A stretch of DNA of 64,000 nt, taken from contig JANQLW010000082.1 of NCBI GenBank assembly GCA_028280405.1, forward strand, positions 3,727 through 67,726. Reading direction: 5' to 3'. Position 1 is the stretch's first letter. Every line of letters starts with the position of its first letter. A program made the position numbers and the translations under genes. A model generated the notes under the pieces. That model was given only the letters and a program-made list of their open reading frames with translations. It was not told the origin of the DNA and made no database searches. Of this stretch, positions 49,140 through 59,227 are shown piece by piece. The DNA comes from Bacteroidales bacterium. Its GTDB lineage: Bacteria > Bacteroidota > Bacteroidia > Bacteroidales > GCA-2711565.

Positions 49140-51338
49140 ATGCGAAAATTCCCTTCTGAAAAGCAATTAGATACTATGGATTGTGGTCCGGTCTCTTTGA
49201 AAATAATAGCTAAGTATTACGGCAAAAATTTTTCATTGAAAAGGTTAAGAGAGCTTACTTTTATGTCAAAAGATGGGGTTTCTCTATTCTCAATCAGTGA
49301 TGCAGCAGAAAAACTAGGATTCAAAACAGTAGGAGGTTTCATAAATTTTGATCAGCTTTCAAAGGAAGCTAATTTACCTTGTATAATTCATTGGGAACAA
49401 AATCACTTTGTCATTGTCTATAAAATTACCCATAAAAACACATTTAGAAAAGAATCCAAGATATACGTATCTGATCCAGCTAAAGGCTTGGTCTCTTATA
49501 CTGAAAAAGAGTTTAAATCCAAATGGATTAGTACAAAATCGGAAGGTATCGTTTTATTACTTGAGCCAACAAAAAGGTTTTATGAAAGTGAAAGCGATCA
49601 TATGTCTGGTAATAGTCTAAATGTTTTAATTTCCTATTTTTTAAAATTTAAAAAATATTTCGGACAATTAATTATTGGTTTACTCTTAGGTAGTTTGTTT
49701 CAGTTAATATTCCCATTTCTAACTCAATCCATTGTAGATAATGGGATTGCAAACAAAAACATCAGCTTTATCTACCTCATATTATTAGCACAACTAATTT
49801 TAGTAATTAGTAGAATGTCAGTTAACTTTATCAGAAGATGGATACTCTTACATATTAGTACTAGAATAAATATTTCTTTGATTTCAGATTTCTTTTTTAA
49901 GCTTATGAGATTGCCTATGAGTTTCTTCGACGTGAAACATACTGGAGATATAATGCAACGAATAGGCGATCATGAAAGGGTTGAAGAGTTTATCACGGTA
50001 AGGTCTTTAGAAATAATTTTTTCATTTTTTTCTTTAATTATCTTTAGCGTTATTTTATGGGTCTATAGCTTTAAAATTTTCTTAGTATTTATTTTAGGAA
50101 GTTTTCTTTATGCCACTTGGATTCTATTATTTCTAAAAAAGAGAAGAACTTTGGATTTTAAATATTTTGAAGTAAGGTCAAAAAATCAAAGTAAGATATT
50201 TCAACTTATCCAAGGGATGCAAGAAATTAAACTTCAAAATTCTGAAAAACGTAAAAGATGGGAATGGGAAGATATTCAGGCTGATTTGTATAAAGTAAAT
50301 ATATCGTCATTAAAACTAGAGCAAATTCAAGAAGCAGGCAACATTTTTATAAATGAAACAAAGAATATTATTATAACTATTATTGCTGCATTAGCTGTTA
50401 TAAATAATGAAATGACATTGGGAATGATGCTAGCAACTCAATACATAATCGGGCAACTTACACTACCTATCGAACAATCAGTAGATTTTATTCATGACTT
50501 TCAGGATACGAAAATAAGCCTGGAAAGAATTAATGAAATTCATAAAAAAAATAATGAGAATGAAGAGCAAGATAAGATAGAGAATACCGAATTTACTGAT
50601 AAAGACATAGAAATAAACAATTTAACCTTTCAATATGAAGGTCCTTATTCAAACAAAGTTTTGAACAATCTAAACCTATCAATTCCATATGGTAAGGTAA
50701 CTGCAATTGTTGGTACAAGCGGAAGTGGAAAAACAACATTAATTAAACTGTTACTTCAGTATTATGAACCAACTTCCGGCACAATAAAAATTGGTAATGG
50801 AAGTTTAAAAAATATTAATACCACAAAATGGAGAAATTATTGTGGTGCTGTGATGCAAGAGGGTTTTATTTTTTCAGAAAGCATAGCCCGTAATATTGCT
50901 TGCAGTGATTATAATATTGATAAGGTAGCACTTGTCAAAGCCAGTAAAATTGCAAACATTCATGATTTTATCATGAAGCTACCTCTAAAATACAATACAA
51001 TAATAGGAAGTGAAGGAATTAATTTAAGCCAAGGTCAAAAACAACGTATTTTGATAGCAAGAGCAGTGTATAAAAACCCAAAAATTCTAATTTTTGATGA
51101 AGCAACAAACGCACTGGATGCTAACAATGAAAAGGCAATTGTTTCAAATTTACAATCATTTTACAAAGGTAAAACAGTTGTAGTTATAGCTCATAGATTA
51201 AGCACTGTTAAAAACTCAGATCAGATAATTGTATTAAATAATGGTGAGATTGAAGAATTTGGTAATCACCAGAATTTGATTAGCAAAAAAGGTAAATATT
51301 ATCAATTAGTCAGAAATCAATTAGAACTTGGAACATAG
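49140..51338 (+). CDS. Peptidase C39-containing ABC transporter (PCAT)
   Basis: QLDTMDCGP, HWEQNHFV, TM domain, GTSGSGKTT, LSQGQ, FDEAT. Confidence 0.95.
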   Translation: MRKFPSEKQLDTMDCGPVSLKIIAKYYGKNFSLKRLRELTFMSKDGVSLFSISDAAEKLGFKTVGGFINFDQLSKEANLPCIIHWEQNHFVIVYKITHKNTFRKESKIYVSDPAKGLVSYTEKEFKSKWISTKSEGIVLLLEPTKRFYESESDHMSGNSLNVLISYFLKFKKYFGQLIIGLLLGSLFQLIFPFLTQSIVDNGIANKNISFIYLILLAQLILVISRMSVNFIRRWILLHISTRINISLISDFFFKLMRLPMSFFDVKHTGDIMQRIGDHERVEEFITVRSLEIIFSFFSLIIFSVILWVYSFKIFLVFILGSFLYATWILLFLKKRRTLDFKYFEVRSKNQSKIFQLIQGMQEIKLQNSEKRKRWEWEDIQADLYKVNISSLKLEQIQEAGNIFINETKNIIITIIAALAVINNEMTLGMMLATQYIIGQLTLPIEQSVDFIHDFQDTKISLERINEIHKKNNENEEQDKIENTEFTDKDIEINNLTFQYEGPYSNKVLNNLNLSIPYGKVTAIVGTSGSGKTTLIKLLLQYYEPTSGTIKIGNGSLKNINTTKWRNYCGAVMQEGFIFSESIARNIACSDYNIDKVALVKASKIANIHDFIMKLPLKYNTIIGSEGINLSQGQKQRILIARAVYKNPKILIFDEATNALDANNEKAIVSNLQSFYKGKTVVVIAHRLSTVKNSDQIIVLNNGEIEEFGNHQNLISKKGKYYQLVRNQLELGT

Positions 51339-51873
51339 CATTGTAAGCTTTCAATTTAACAAAATTACTGTGGAAAAAGAAGATAACGTAAACTTAAGAA
51401 GTGAAAAAGTTCGGAATATCATTGGTCAAATTCCTCCAATTACTATAAGAATTGGGCTAACGATTATTCTTCTTATTTCATTAGGACTTTTCTGTATGGC
51501 TTATTTTATAACTTATGATTACATAATAAAAACTACAGGTACAATTGAACAAAAAAATGATTCAACAATGGTTGAAGTTAAAGTACCTGCCACACTATAT
51601 AATAAAATTGAAGTAGGTAATCAAGTTATTATAAGTTTTGATAATATACCGAATCTTTATGGTGAAAAAATAGAATCAAAAGTTCAAAAGCTAAATAAAA
51701 ACCTATCTATATCTATGAAGGGAGGATATAGTTCCTTTGAAATAATATTAACAAAAAATATTAAAAGTGTTTCAAGAAAGAGAATTATAATACAAGACCG
51801 TACTAAAGTAAAAATTGAAATTATAACCAAGAAAGTAAGTTTATTTGATAGGATTGTTAAAAGTGAGTTCTGA
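51328..51873 (+). CDS. Short HlyD-like accessory protein
   Basis: LRSEKVRNIIGQIPP + TM helix typical of Bacteroidota HlyD N-termini; lacks coiled coil; start may be GTG 51370. Confidence 0.7.
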   Translation: MEHSIVSFQFNKITVEKEDNVNLRSEKVRNIIGQIPPITIRIGLTIILLISLGLFCMAYFITYDYIIKTTGTIEQKNDSTMVEVKVPATLYNKIEVGNQVIISFDNIPNLYGEKIESKVQKLNKNLSISMKGGYSSFEIILTKNIKSVSRKRIIIQDRTKVKIEIITKKVSLFDRIVKSEF

Positions 51874-51993
51874 TTGTTTATAAAATTAATCATGTTATTT
51901 TAGTTAGAAAATAGCTAAAATCACAATTCAACACAATAAAACCTCCTATAGTACAAAATATATAACTTTACCATATTGCCCATTTTCATAATA

Positions 51994-52229
51994 AATAATT
52001 CCGTGAACTTCCCTGATCACAAATACTTATATTCAAAAAAGTTAACAGAATTACTACATTGGCAATATTTGAAAAAACTTGTTGGGAACAGCATTCTCGA
52101 AACATGAGAAAAAATGTTCCACTAGCTTGTCTTGTAGTGTATTTCTCCCCAAAAGTCAATAGTAGAAGGATGGAATAAAAATTTTGAACTTCCTTTCGAA
52201 TTGTTCTACACTTTTCATGAAAATAAAAA
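51994..52229. repeat. Diverged copy of non-coding 4774..5012
   Basis: Starts with identical aataattccgtgaacttccctgat; colinear to gaaaataaaaa. Confidence 0.85.
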
Positions 52230-52411
52230 CTAGATCTAAAATTGAAAATTTGACATCACTCAATCACTATATCAGCATCAACATTAACACCCTTTAACTT
52301 TTGTATTCCAATTAATTGTTTTAATTTCGAGGCTTTTAAAATTATTTTAGAATGGATTTGTAACCGCTCTATATCCAGAGGGTTAGAAAGACATCATCAT
52401 AAGCAAAGTAC

Positions 52412-54817
52412 ATGTGGAAGTATACAGTTAGGGTTATTTTGAGAAGACGGTTAATCAGTTTAATCGTAATTGGGTTGTTGACACTGTTCATGGCATATCA
52501 GGCAAGGAAAGTACAGTTGTCATATGAAATGTCTAAAATGCTTCCGGCCTTTGATTCTACCAGTATACAATATGAAAAATTCAGAACTCAGTTTGGAGAA
52601 GATGGAAGTGTATTCTTTGTTGGGATACAAGATGAAAACCTCTTTGAATTAGAAAAATTCAATGCCTGGTATGATCTTACTGATGAAATTAAAACTATTA
52701 AAGGAGTTCAGGAAGTTATTTCCATTGGCAAGATTTTCAACCTGGTTAAAAATAAAGAAAAGAAAAAGTTTGATTTTGTACCCGTAGTACAGGAAAAACC
52801 AAAAACTCAGGAAGAACTTGATAAAATAAAAAAGAAAATTTACGCTTTGCCTTTTTACAATGGATTGCTTTATAATAAGGAAACCAATGTAAGCATGATG
52901 ATGATCACTTTGGATAAAGAAATGCTGAATACCAAATACAGGGTTCAGTTAATATATAATATACGTGATCGATTAGATGCTTTTGGACAGCAATATGATG
53001 TGGATGTGCATTATTCAGGGTTGCCTTATATTCGAACAGTTACTTCTAAAAAGATTGAAGATGAATTGAACTTCTTTATTTATGCCTCCTTAATTATTGC
53101 ATCAATCATTCTCTTTATATTTTTTAGATCTTTCAAAGCAGTATTCTTTACAATAATTATTGTAATTATTAATGTGGTCTGGGTTATGGGAACGATATCT
53201 TTTCTGGGATATAAGATAACCATACTAACAGGAATACTTCCACCTTTATTGATCGTAATTGTAGTTGAGAATTGTATTTTCCTTTTAAATAAATATCATA
53301 CTGAATATAAATCCCATGGGAATAAGGTAAAATCATTATCTCGTATGGTAGCCAGAATTGGAAATGCTAACCTGCTTACTAATGCAACTACAGCTGCCGG
53401 ATTTGGTGCTTTTATGGTAACCGGTAATAAAATTCTTGTTGAGTTTGGTTTGGTTGCCTCAATCAGTATTCTTGTTGCCTATTTATTAACGCTCTTTTTA
53501 ATTCCTATATTTTTTAGTTATTTAAATCCTCCGGGGAAAAAACATATAAAACATCTTGATAAAAGTATTGTTGGAAAAATATTAGACAAAGTTGTTCATG
53601 TTGTACTTCATTATCGCCTGATCGTTTATATTGGTGCAGCAGTTATTGTATTTATTGGTGTATTAGGAACTAGTAAGCTTAAAACCACCGGTAATATTGT
53701 AGATGATATCCCTCATAAAGACCCTTTATATGTTGACTTAATGTTTTTTGAGGAACATTTTAAAGGTGTAATGCCTCTTGAGATTACCATAGATACTAAA
53801 AAGAAGAAAGGCGTAATCAGGCTATCAACTTTAAAAAAGATTGAAAAATTACAGGAAATTTTGGCTAATTACCCTGAATTATCTAAGCCGGTTTCCCTGG
53901 TTGAAGTTGCTAAATTCTCTAAGCAGGCTTACTTTAATGGAAACGTAAACAAATATGCTCTCCCAAATAACCAGGAGAAGAATTTTATAATGGGTTATAT
54001 TCCCAAGTTTGAAGATGGTGATGAAAAATCTTTAATAAATTCTTTTGTGGATGAAGATTTAAGCATCACCCGTATCAGTGTTCAAATGGCTAATATCGGA
54101 ACCAGGGATATTGACAGAATAATTAATGAGCTTAAACCTCAGATAGATAAACTTTTCCCTTCCAGAAAGTATGAAGTAAATATTACCGGGACCAGTGTAG
54201 TATTTCTGAAAGGAACAAATTATCTGGTTGGAAACTTAATGACTAGTTTGCTATTGGCACTGGGAATTATTTGCGGATTAATGGCTTTACTATTTACTTC
54301 AGCGAGAATGATTGGAATTTCTTTGATTCCCAATATTATTCCTCAATTAATGACAGCCGGAATGATGGGATTTTTTGCTATTTCAATTAAACCATCCACT
54401 ATTCTGATTTTTAGCATTGCTTTAGGTATTTCTGTTGATAATGCCATTCACTTTTTATCCCGTTATCGCTTACAACTTAAATTGAATAATTGGAATATTA
54501 AAGAGTCGGTAATTGCTGCATTGAGAGAAACAGGCTATAGTATGATCTATTCCTCTGTAGTACTTTTCTTTGGTTTTGCCATATTTACACAATCATCTTT
54601 CGGAGGTACCGAGGCCATGGGATATTTGATTTCCTTTACATTATTGGTGGCCCTCTTATCAAATTTATTTATCTTGCCGACTTTATTATTATCATTAGAC
54701 AGATTAATAACAACACGAAGATTTAAAGAACCTCTTCTCGTAATTTTTGATGAAGAAGAAGATATAGATTTGGATGAATTAGCAATAGAAGATGTAGATA
54801 CCAGAGGTTCAGCTTAA
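52412..54817 (+). CDS. MMPL/RND family transporter
   Basis: Two TM repeats with SGLPY / TGTSV and IALGISVDNAIHF motifs. Confidence 0.9.
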   Translation: MWKYTVRVILRRRLISLIVIGLLTLFMAYQARKVQLSYEMSKMLPAFDSTSIQYEKFRTQFGEDGSVFFVGIQDENLFELEKFNAWYDLTDEIKTIKGVQEVISIGKIFNLVKNKEKKKFDFVPVVQEKPKTQEELDKIKKKIYALPFYNGLLYNKETNVSMMMITLDKEMLNTKYRVQLIYNIRDRLDAFGQQYDVDVHYSGLPYIRTVTSKKIEDELNFFIYASLIIASIILFIFFRSFKAVFFTIIIVIINVVWVMGTISFLGYKITILTGILPPLLIVIVVENCIFLLNKYHTEYKSHGNKVKSLSRMVARIGNANLLTNATTAAGFGAFMVTGNKILVEFGLVASISILVAYLLTLFLIPIFFSYLNPPGKKHIKHLDKSIVGKILDKVVHVVLHYRLIVYIGAAVIVFIGVLGTSKLKTTGNIVDDIPHKDPLYVDLMFFEEHFKGVMPLEITIDTKKKKGVIRLSTLKKIEKLQEILANYPELSKPVSLVEVAKFSKQAYFNGNVNKYALPNNQEKNFIMGYIPKFEDGDEKSLINSFVDEDLSITRISVQMANIGTRDIDRIINELKPQIDKLFPSRKYEVNITGTSVVFLKGTNYLVGNLMTSLLLALGIICGLMALLFTSARMIGISLIPNIIPQLMTAGMMGFFAISIKPSTILIFSIALGISVDNAIHFLSRYRLQLKLNNWNIKESVIAALRETGYSMIYSSVVLFFGFAIFTQSSFGGTEAMGYLISFTLLVALLSNLFILPTLLLSLDRLITTRRFKEPLLVIFDEEEDIDLDELAIEDVDTRGSA

Positions 54818-54838
54818 TTAACATCAAATTATTTTAAA

Positions 54839-55702
54839 ATGAAAGGTATTATTTTAGCCGGAGGAGCCGGAACCAGATTACACCCATTAACATTAGCCGT
54901 TAGTAAACAACTAATGCCGGTTTATGATAAACCGATGATTTATTATCCATTATCGGTATTAATGATGGCAAACATTAATGAGATCCTGATTATTTCTACT
55001 CCTCAGGATTTGCCAAATTTTGAAAAACTATTAGGTGATGGATCACAGATTGGATGTAAATTTAGTTATGCTGAACAAAAAATTCCTAACGGACTTGCTC
55101 AGGCCTTTGTCATAGGAGAAGATTTTATTGGAGATGATAAAGTTGCTTTGGTCTTAGGTGACAATATTTTTTATGGGAGTGGATTACAAGATAAATTAAT
55201 GTCTAGTAATGATCCTGAAGGGGGAATCGTTTTTGCATATCATGTTCATGATCCGGAACGTTATGGTGTAGTAGAATTTGATCAAAATCAAAAAGCAATT
55301 TCCATAGAAGAAAAACCTCAGAAGCCTAAGTCTAATTATGCAGTCCCTGGATTATATTTTTATGATAATTCGGTAGTTGAGGTTGCTAAAAATATTAAAC
55401 CAAGTGCCAGAGGTGAATATGAAATTACGGATGTAAATAAGCATTATCTTAATGAAGGAAAATTAAAAGTTACTGTGTTAAGCCGTGGTACTGCCTGGTT
55501 GGATACCGGAACTTTTGAATCCTTGTTACAAGCAGGTCAGTATGTAGAAGTTATTGAAAGCAGACAAGGACTGAAAATAGGTTGTATTGAAGAAATTGCT
55601 TACCGCCGTGGTTTTATTAATGCTGAACAATTGAGAAAAGTTGCCGGGCCTTTAATTAAAAGTGGGTATGGAGATTATTTAATGGGATTAATTGAAGCAT
55701 AA
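54839..55702 (+). CDS. rfbA: Glucose-1-phosphate thymidylyltransferase
   Basis: [41 protein letters not shown]. Confidence 0.97.
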   Translation: MKGIILAGGAGTRLHPLTLAVSKQLMPVYDKPMIYYPLSVLMMANINEILIISTPQDLPNFEKLLGDGSQIGCKFSYAEQKIPNGLAQAFVIGEDFIGDDKVALVLGDNIFYGSGLQDKLMSSNDPEGGIVFAYHVHDPERYGVVEFDQNQKAISIEEKPQKPKSNYAVPGLYFYDNSVVEVAKNIKPSARGEYEITDVNKHYLNEGKLKVTVLSRGTAWLDTGTFESLLQAGQYVEVIESRQGLKIGCIEEIAYRRGFINAEQLRKVAGPLIKSGYGDYLMGLIEA

Positions 55703-55708
55703 TTATCA

Positions 55709-56683
55709 ATGTTAAAATTTAAAGAACTATATAAGGAGTTTTGTGGATTTCTGGAGAAGGAAACTTTTGACTTTGAGCCCAAGGAATTATATGAACCGGT
55801 TTCATATACTTTAGCATTAGGAGGTAAACGGATAAGGCCAATTATGGCCTTGCTTAGTTGTGACTTTTTTGGAGGTGATATTAAAGAAGCCATGAACCCG
55901 GCAATGGGAATTGAAATTTTCCACAATTTTACATTGTTGCATGATGATATCATGGATGATGCTCCAATCAGGCGTGGTAAGGAAACCGTTTATAAAAAAT
56001 GGAATTCCAATATTGCTATCCTTTCGGGTGATACCATGTTTGCACTTGCATATAAGTATATAACTCAAACGGACTCCAAATACCTTAAAACAATACTGGA
56101 AGTTTTCAATAAAACAGCTATTGAAGTCTGTGAAGGCCAACAATACGATATGAACTATGAGACTGAAGACAATATCAGTATTAGCGACTATATGAAAATG
56201 ATCAGATTGAAAACAGCTGTATTTTTAGGAGCTGCATTAAAAATAGGTGCATTAATAGCTGAAACAAATCGAAATAATGTAGATCATATTTATTGTTTTG
56301 GAGAGAACCTGGGTATGGCATTCCAGTTGCAGGACGATTATCTGGATGTATTTGGAAATGAAGCTAAGTTTGGTAAAAAAACCGGTGGTGATATCATAAC
56401 TAATAAAAAAACTTTTCTTTATTTAAAAGCATTTGAATTAGCCCGGGGAGAAGAGCTGAAAGTACTGGAAGAGAATTTTATCCCAAATCATCCGAATAAT
56501 GAATTAAAAGTTGAAAAAATAAAAGAGGTTTACCGCAAGCTTAAGGTAGATGAGTATTCTGCTATTGAGATTAACAGATATTATCAAAAAGCAATGCAGC
56601 ACTTTGAAAAGATTGATTGCCCTGATTGCGATAAAGTAGAAATGTTAAATTTTGCTGAACGCTTGATTAAAAGAGAATATTAA
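55709..56683 (+). CDS. Polyprenyl diphosphate synthase
   Basis: GGKRIRP, HDDIMD..RRG (FARM), QDDYLD (SARM). Confidence 0.95.
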   Translation: MLKFKELYKEFCGFLEKETFDFEPKELYEPVSYTLALGGKRIRPIMALLSCDFFGGDIKEAMNPAMGIEIFHNFTLLHDDIMDDAPIRRGKETVYKKWNSNIAILSGDTMFALAYKYITQTDSKYLKTILEVFNKTAIEVCEGQQYDMNYETEDNISISDYMKMIRLKTAVFLGAALKIGALIAETNRNNVDHIYCFGENLGMAFQLQDDYLDVFGNEAKFGKKTGGDIITNKKTFLYLKAFELARGEELKVLEENFIPNHPNNELKVEKIKEVYRKLKVDEYSAIEINRYYQKAMQHFEKIDCPDCDKVEMLNFAERLIKREY

Positions 56684-56865
56684 TTTTACCATTTATAGCA
56701 ATATAATAATAGAGCAATTGAACAATCTGGATCAATTGTTCTATATGTTTTGAGCAATATTAAATCATTACTTATTTATTAAGGTTCCAAGTAGATTTAT
56801 TACTATTTTAGGCTTCATAAAATATGAATCAAATTTTGCATTTTACAGATTAATAAATCTAACCA

Positions 56866-58271
56866 ATGAGTAATCGCAATCCTTTTAAGAATGCATTCGG
56901 ATTATTGACATCCCTGTTTTTTATGTGGGGCTTCATTACCGTAATGAATGATGTTTTAATTAATACTTTCAAAGAAATTTTTGAGCTTGGCCCTACCCAA
57001 AGATCTCTGATTCAAATGGCATTTTTTGGTGCTTTTTTTGTGTTTCTTTGTTATATTTTTTGATTTCAACAATTAGTGGGAAAGATCCAATTAATAAAAT
57101 AGGATATAAAAAAGGGATGTTGATTAGCCTCGTAGTCTGTGGTATCGGTTGCATCGCTTTTTATCCGGCAGCACTAATCAATTCTTATTCTGCATTTCTT
57201 ACTGCCTTATTTATTTTAGCTTCCGGAGTTACTTGTCTGCAGATTTGCGCTAATCCTTATGCTACAATACTGGGAGATACAAAATCGGCTTCAGGAAGAT
57301 TAAATCTGGCTCAAGGGCTAAATTCCCTGGGAACAACGATAGGCCCGCTGGTTGGTGCAATTTTAATATTTAAGGTCTTTTCAACAGGAGAATTAACTCC
57401 TTTTTCAGTTGGAAAAACATATCTGATCTATGGAGCAGTTTTTATTGGTTTGGCTATGATGGTCGGCTTGTCAAAAATCCCTGCTTTTATCAATAATGAA
57501 AAAATTGAGGGTGGCCTGGAGATTTTTAAACAAAGGCATTTGGTATTGGGGATCATTGCGATTTTCTTTTATGTAGGTTCGGAAGTCTCAGTAGGAAGCT
57601 GGATTGTGGAATTTATTATGGATAAAGAAATAATGGGGCTTGGGAATGTAGAAGCACATTATTATTTGTCTTATTTCTGGGGTGGATTAATGGTTGGGAG
57701 GTTGGTTGCCAGTATTTCATTTAGTCAGCAAAAAACCTGGAATGAAAAAAGAAGGCAGATGATATTTACAAGTTTGGGTGTATTCCTGTTAATCTATTTA
57801 GTAACAAGTATCAAAGTTGGCGATGATGGTTCTTTCAGCCTGAAATTTTTAGAATTTAGTCATATATACTTATATTTAATCTGTTTATTTGTGAACTACC
57901 TGGCCTTCATTACCGGTAAGGGCTTGCCTGCAAGATCCTTAGTTATATTCAGCAGTATAAATATGCTGTTGTTTGTTGTAGCTATTGTTATGAAAGGTGA
58001 ATGGGCGTTTTGGGCGATTATTGCAACAGGGTTGTTCTTTTCTATCGGTTGGTCCAATATTTTTTCTTTAGCTATAAGTGGTTTGGGGAAATATACAAGC
58101 CAGGGATCATCTCTTTTAGTAATGGCTATTGTTGGAGGAGCTGTGATTCCCAATTTACAAAGTAGAATGATAGAAGCTTTCAATGTCCAGCTTTCATTTA
58201 TCATTCCTGCAATATGTATGATCTATTTAATTTATTACGGCATGCATGGCCATAAGATACGTGTAAAATGA
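56866..58271 (+). pseudogene. FucP/GluP-type sugar MFS transporter, frameshifted near 57040
   Basis: FFMWGF start in 56866..57063 continues as 57048..58271 (ANPY, RLNLAQGLNSLG, YVGSEV); one base missing beside a T run; may be a sequencing error. Confidence 0.8.
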
Positions 58272-59221
58272 AGAAAGTAGCTATCGGAATAGATATTGGT
58301 GGTACAAATACTGCCATTGGTATTATAGATTATGAGGGTAAATGTTTAGCTGAAAGTAATATTTCTACTGCGGCTTTTAACACCCCTGAATTGCTTGTGG
58401 AAGAGGCAAGTACTAAGATCAAATCAATGTTGAACTCTATAAAGGGTATAGAGGTTCTGGGTATAGGAATTGGTGCTCCAAATGGAAATTTTTTCAATGG
58501 TAGTATTGAATATGCTCCCAATTTAAAATGGAAAGGGGTTGTTAATTTAGTAAAATTATTTAAACCATATTTTAACTTACCTGTATATGTTACCAATGAT
58601 GCAAATGCTGCTGCCATAGGAGAGATGATATATGGTGTAGCTAAAGGAGTCGATGATTTTATAATTGTAACATTGGGTACCGGAGTGGGAAGTGGCTTTG
58701 TATCCAATGGAAAACTTGTTTATGGACATGATGCCTTTGCAGGTGAGTTAGGCCATGTAATTATTGATGAAAATGGCCGCCAATGTGGTTGCGGAAGAAA
58801 AGGATGTTTGGAAACTTATGCTTCAGCTACCGGAATTGTCAGAACTGCCAAAGAATATTTATTCCTGAAAAAAGAAGATAGTTTGCTTAGAGAGATTGAA
58901 TTTGAGAATATTACCTCTAAGGATATTTTTGAAGCAGCTGAAAAAGGAGATCAAATTGCATTGGATATATTTGATTTTACTGCCCGAAAATTAGGATTCA
59001 GCCTGGCAAATGCTGTAGCAATTAGCAGTCCGAAAATGATAGTCCTTTTTGGCGGATTGGCAATGGCAGGTAACCTGATCTTACAACCAACAAAAAAATA
59101 CATGGAAGAGTATATGCTTAAAATTTATAAAGATAAAATCCCTATAGTTCTATCTTCTTTAATGAATCAAAATGCCGCTATCTTAGGTGCTAGTGCATTA
59201 GTTTGGGATCAAATAAAATAG
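58268..59221 (+). CDS. ROK family sugar kinase
   Basis: GIDIGGT, NDANAAA.GE, GTGVG, GELGH, CGCG..GCLE. Confidence 0.95.
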   Translation: MKKVAIGIDIGGTNTAIGIIDYEGKCLAESNISTAAFNTPELLVEEASTKIKSMLNSIKGIEVLGIGIGAPNGNFFNGSIEYAPNLKWKGVVNLVKLFKPYFNLPVYVTNDANAAAIGEMIYGVAKGVDDFIIVTLGTGVGSGFVSNGKLVYGHDAFAGELGHVIIDENGRQCGCGRKGCLETYASATGIVRTAKEYLFLKKEDSLLREIEFENITSKDIFEAAEKGDQIALDIFDFTARKLGFSLANAVAISSPKMIVLFGGLAMAGNLILQPTKKYMEEYMLKIYKDKIPIVLSSLMNQNAAILGASALVWDQIK

Positions 59222-59227
59222 CCTGAT

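Larger units (their letters stand above)
43227..52230. mobile_element. Decayed older island related to the main element
   Basis: Degenerate copies of the left-end terminator, arm site, fic operator, antitoxin-like gene and the 4774-5012 segment; right boundary not defined by an att copy. Confidence 0.6.

Noticed and set aside
52230-52411. Third att copy closing the decayed island
   Set aside because: No tRNA-derived sequence found by eye
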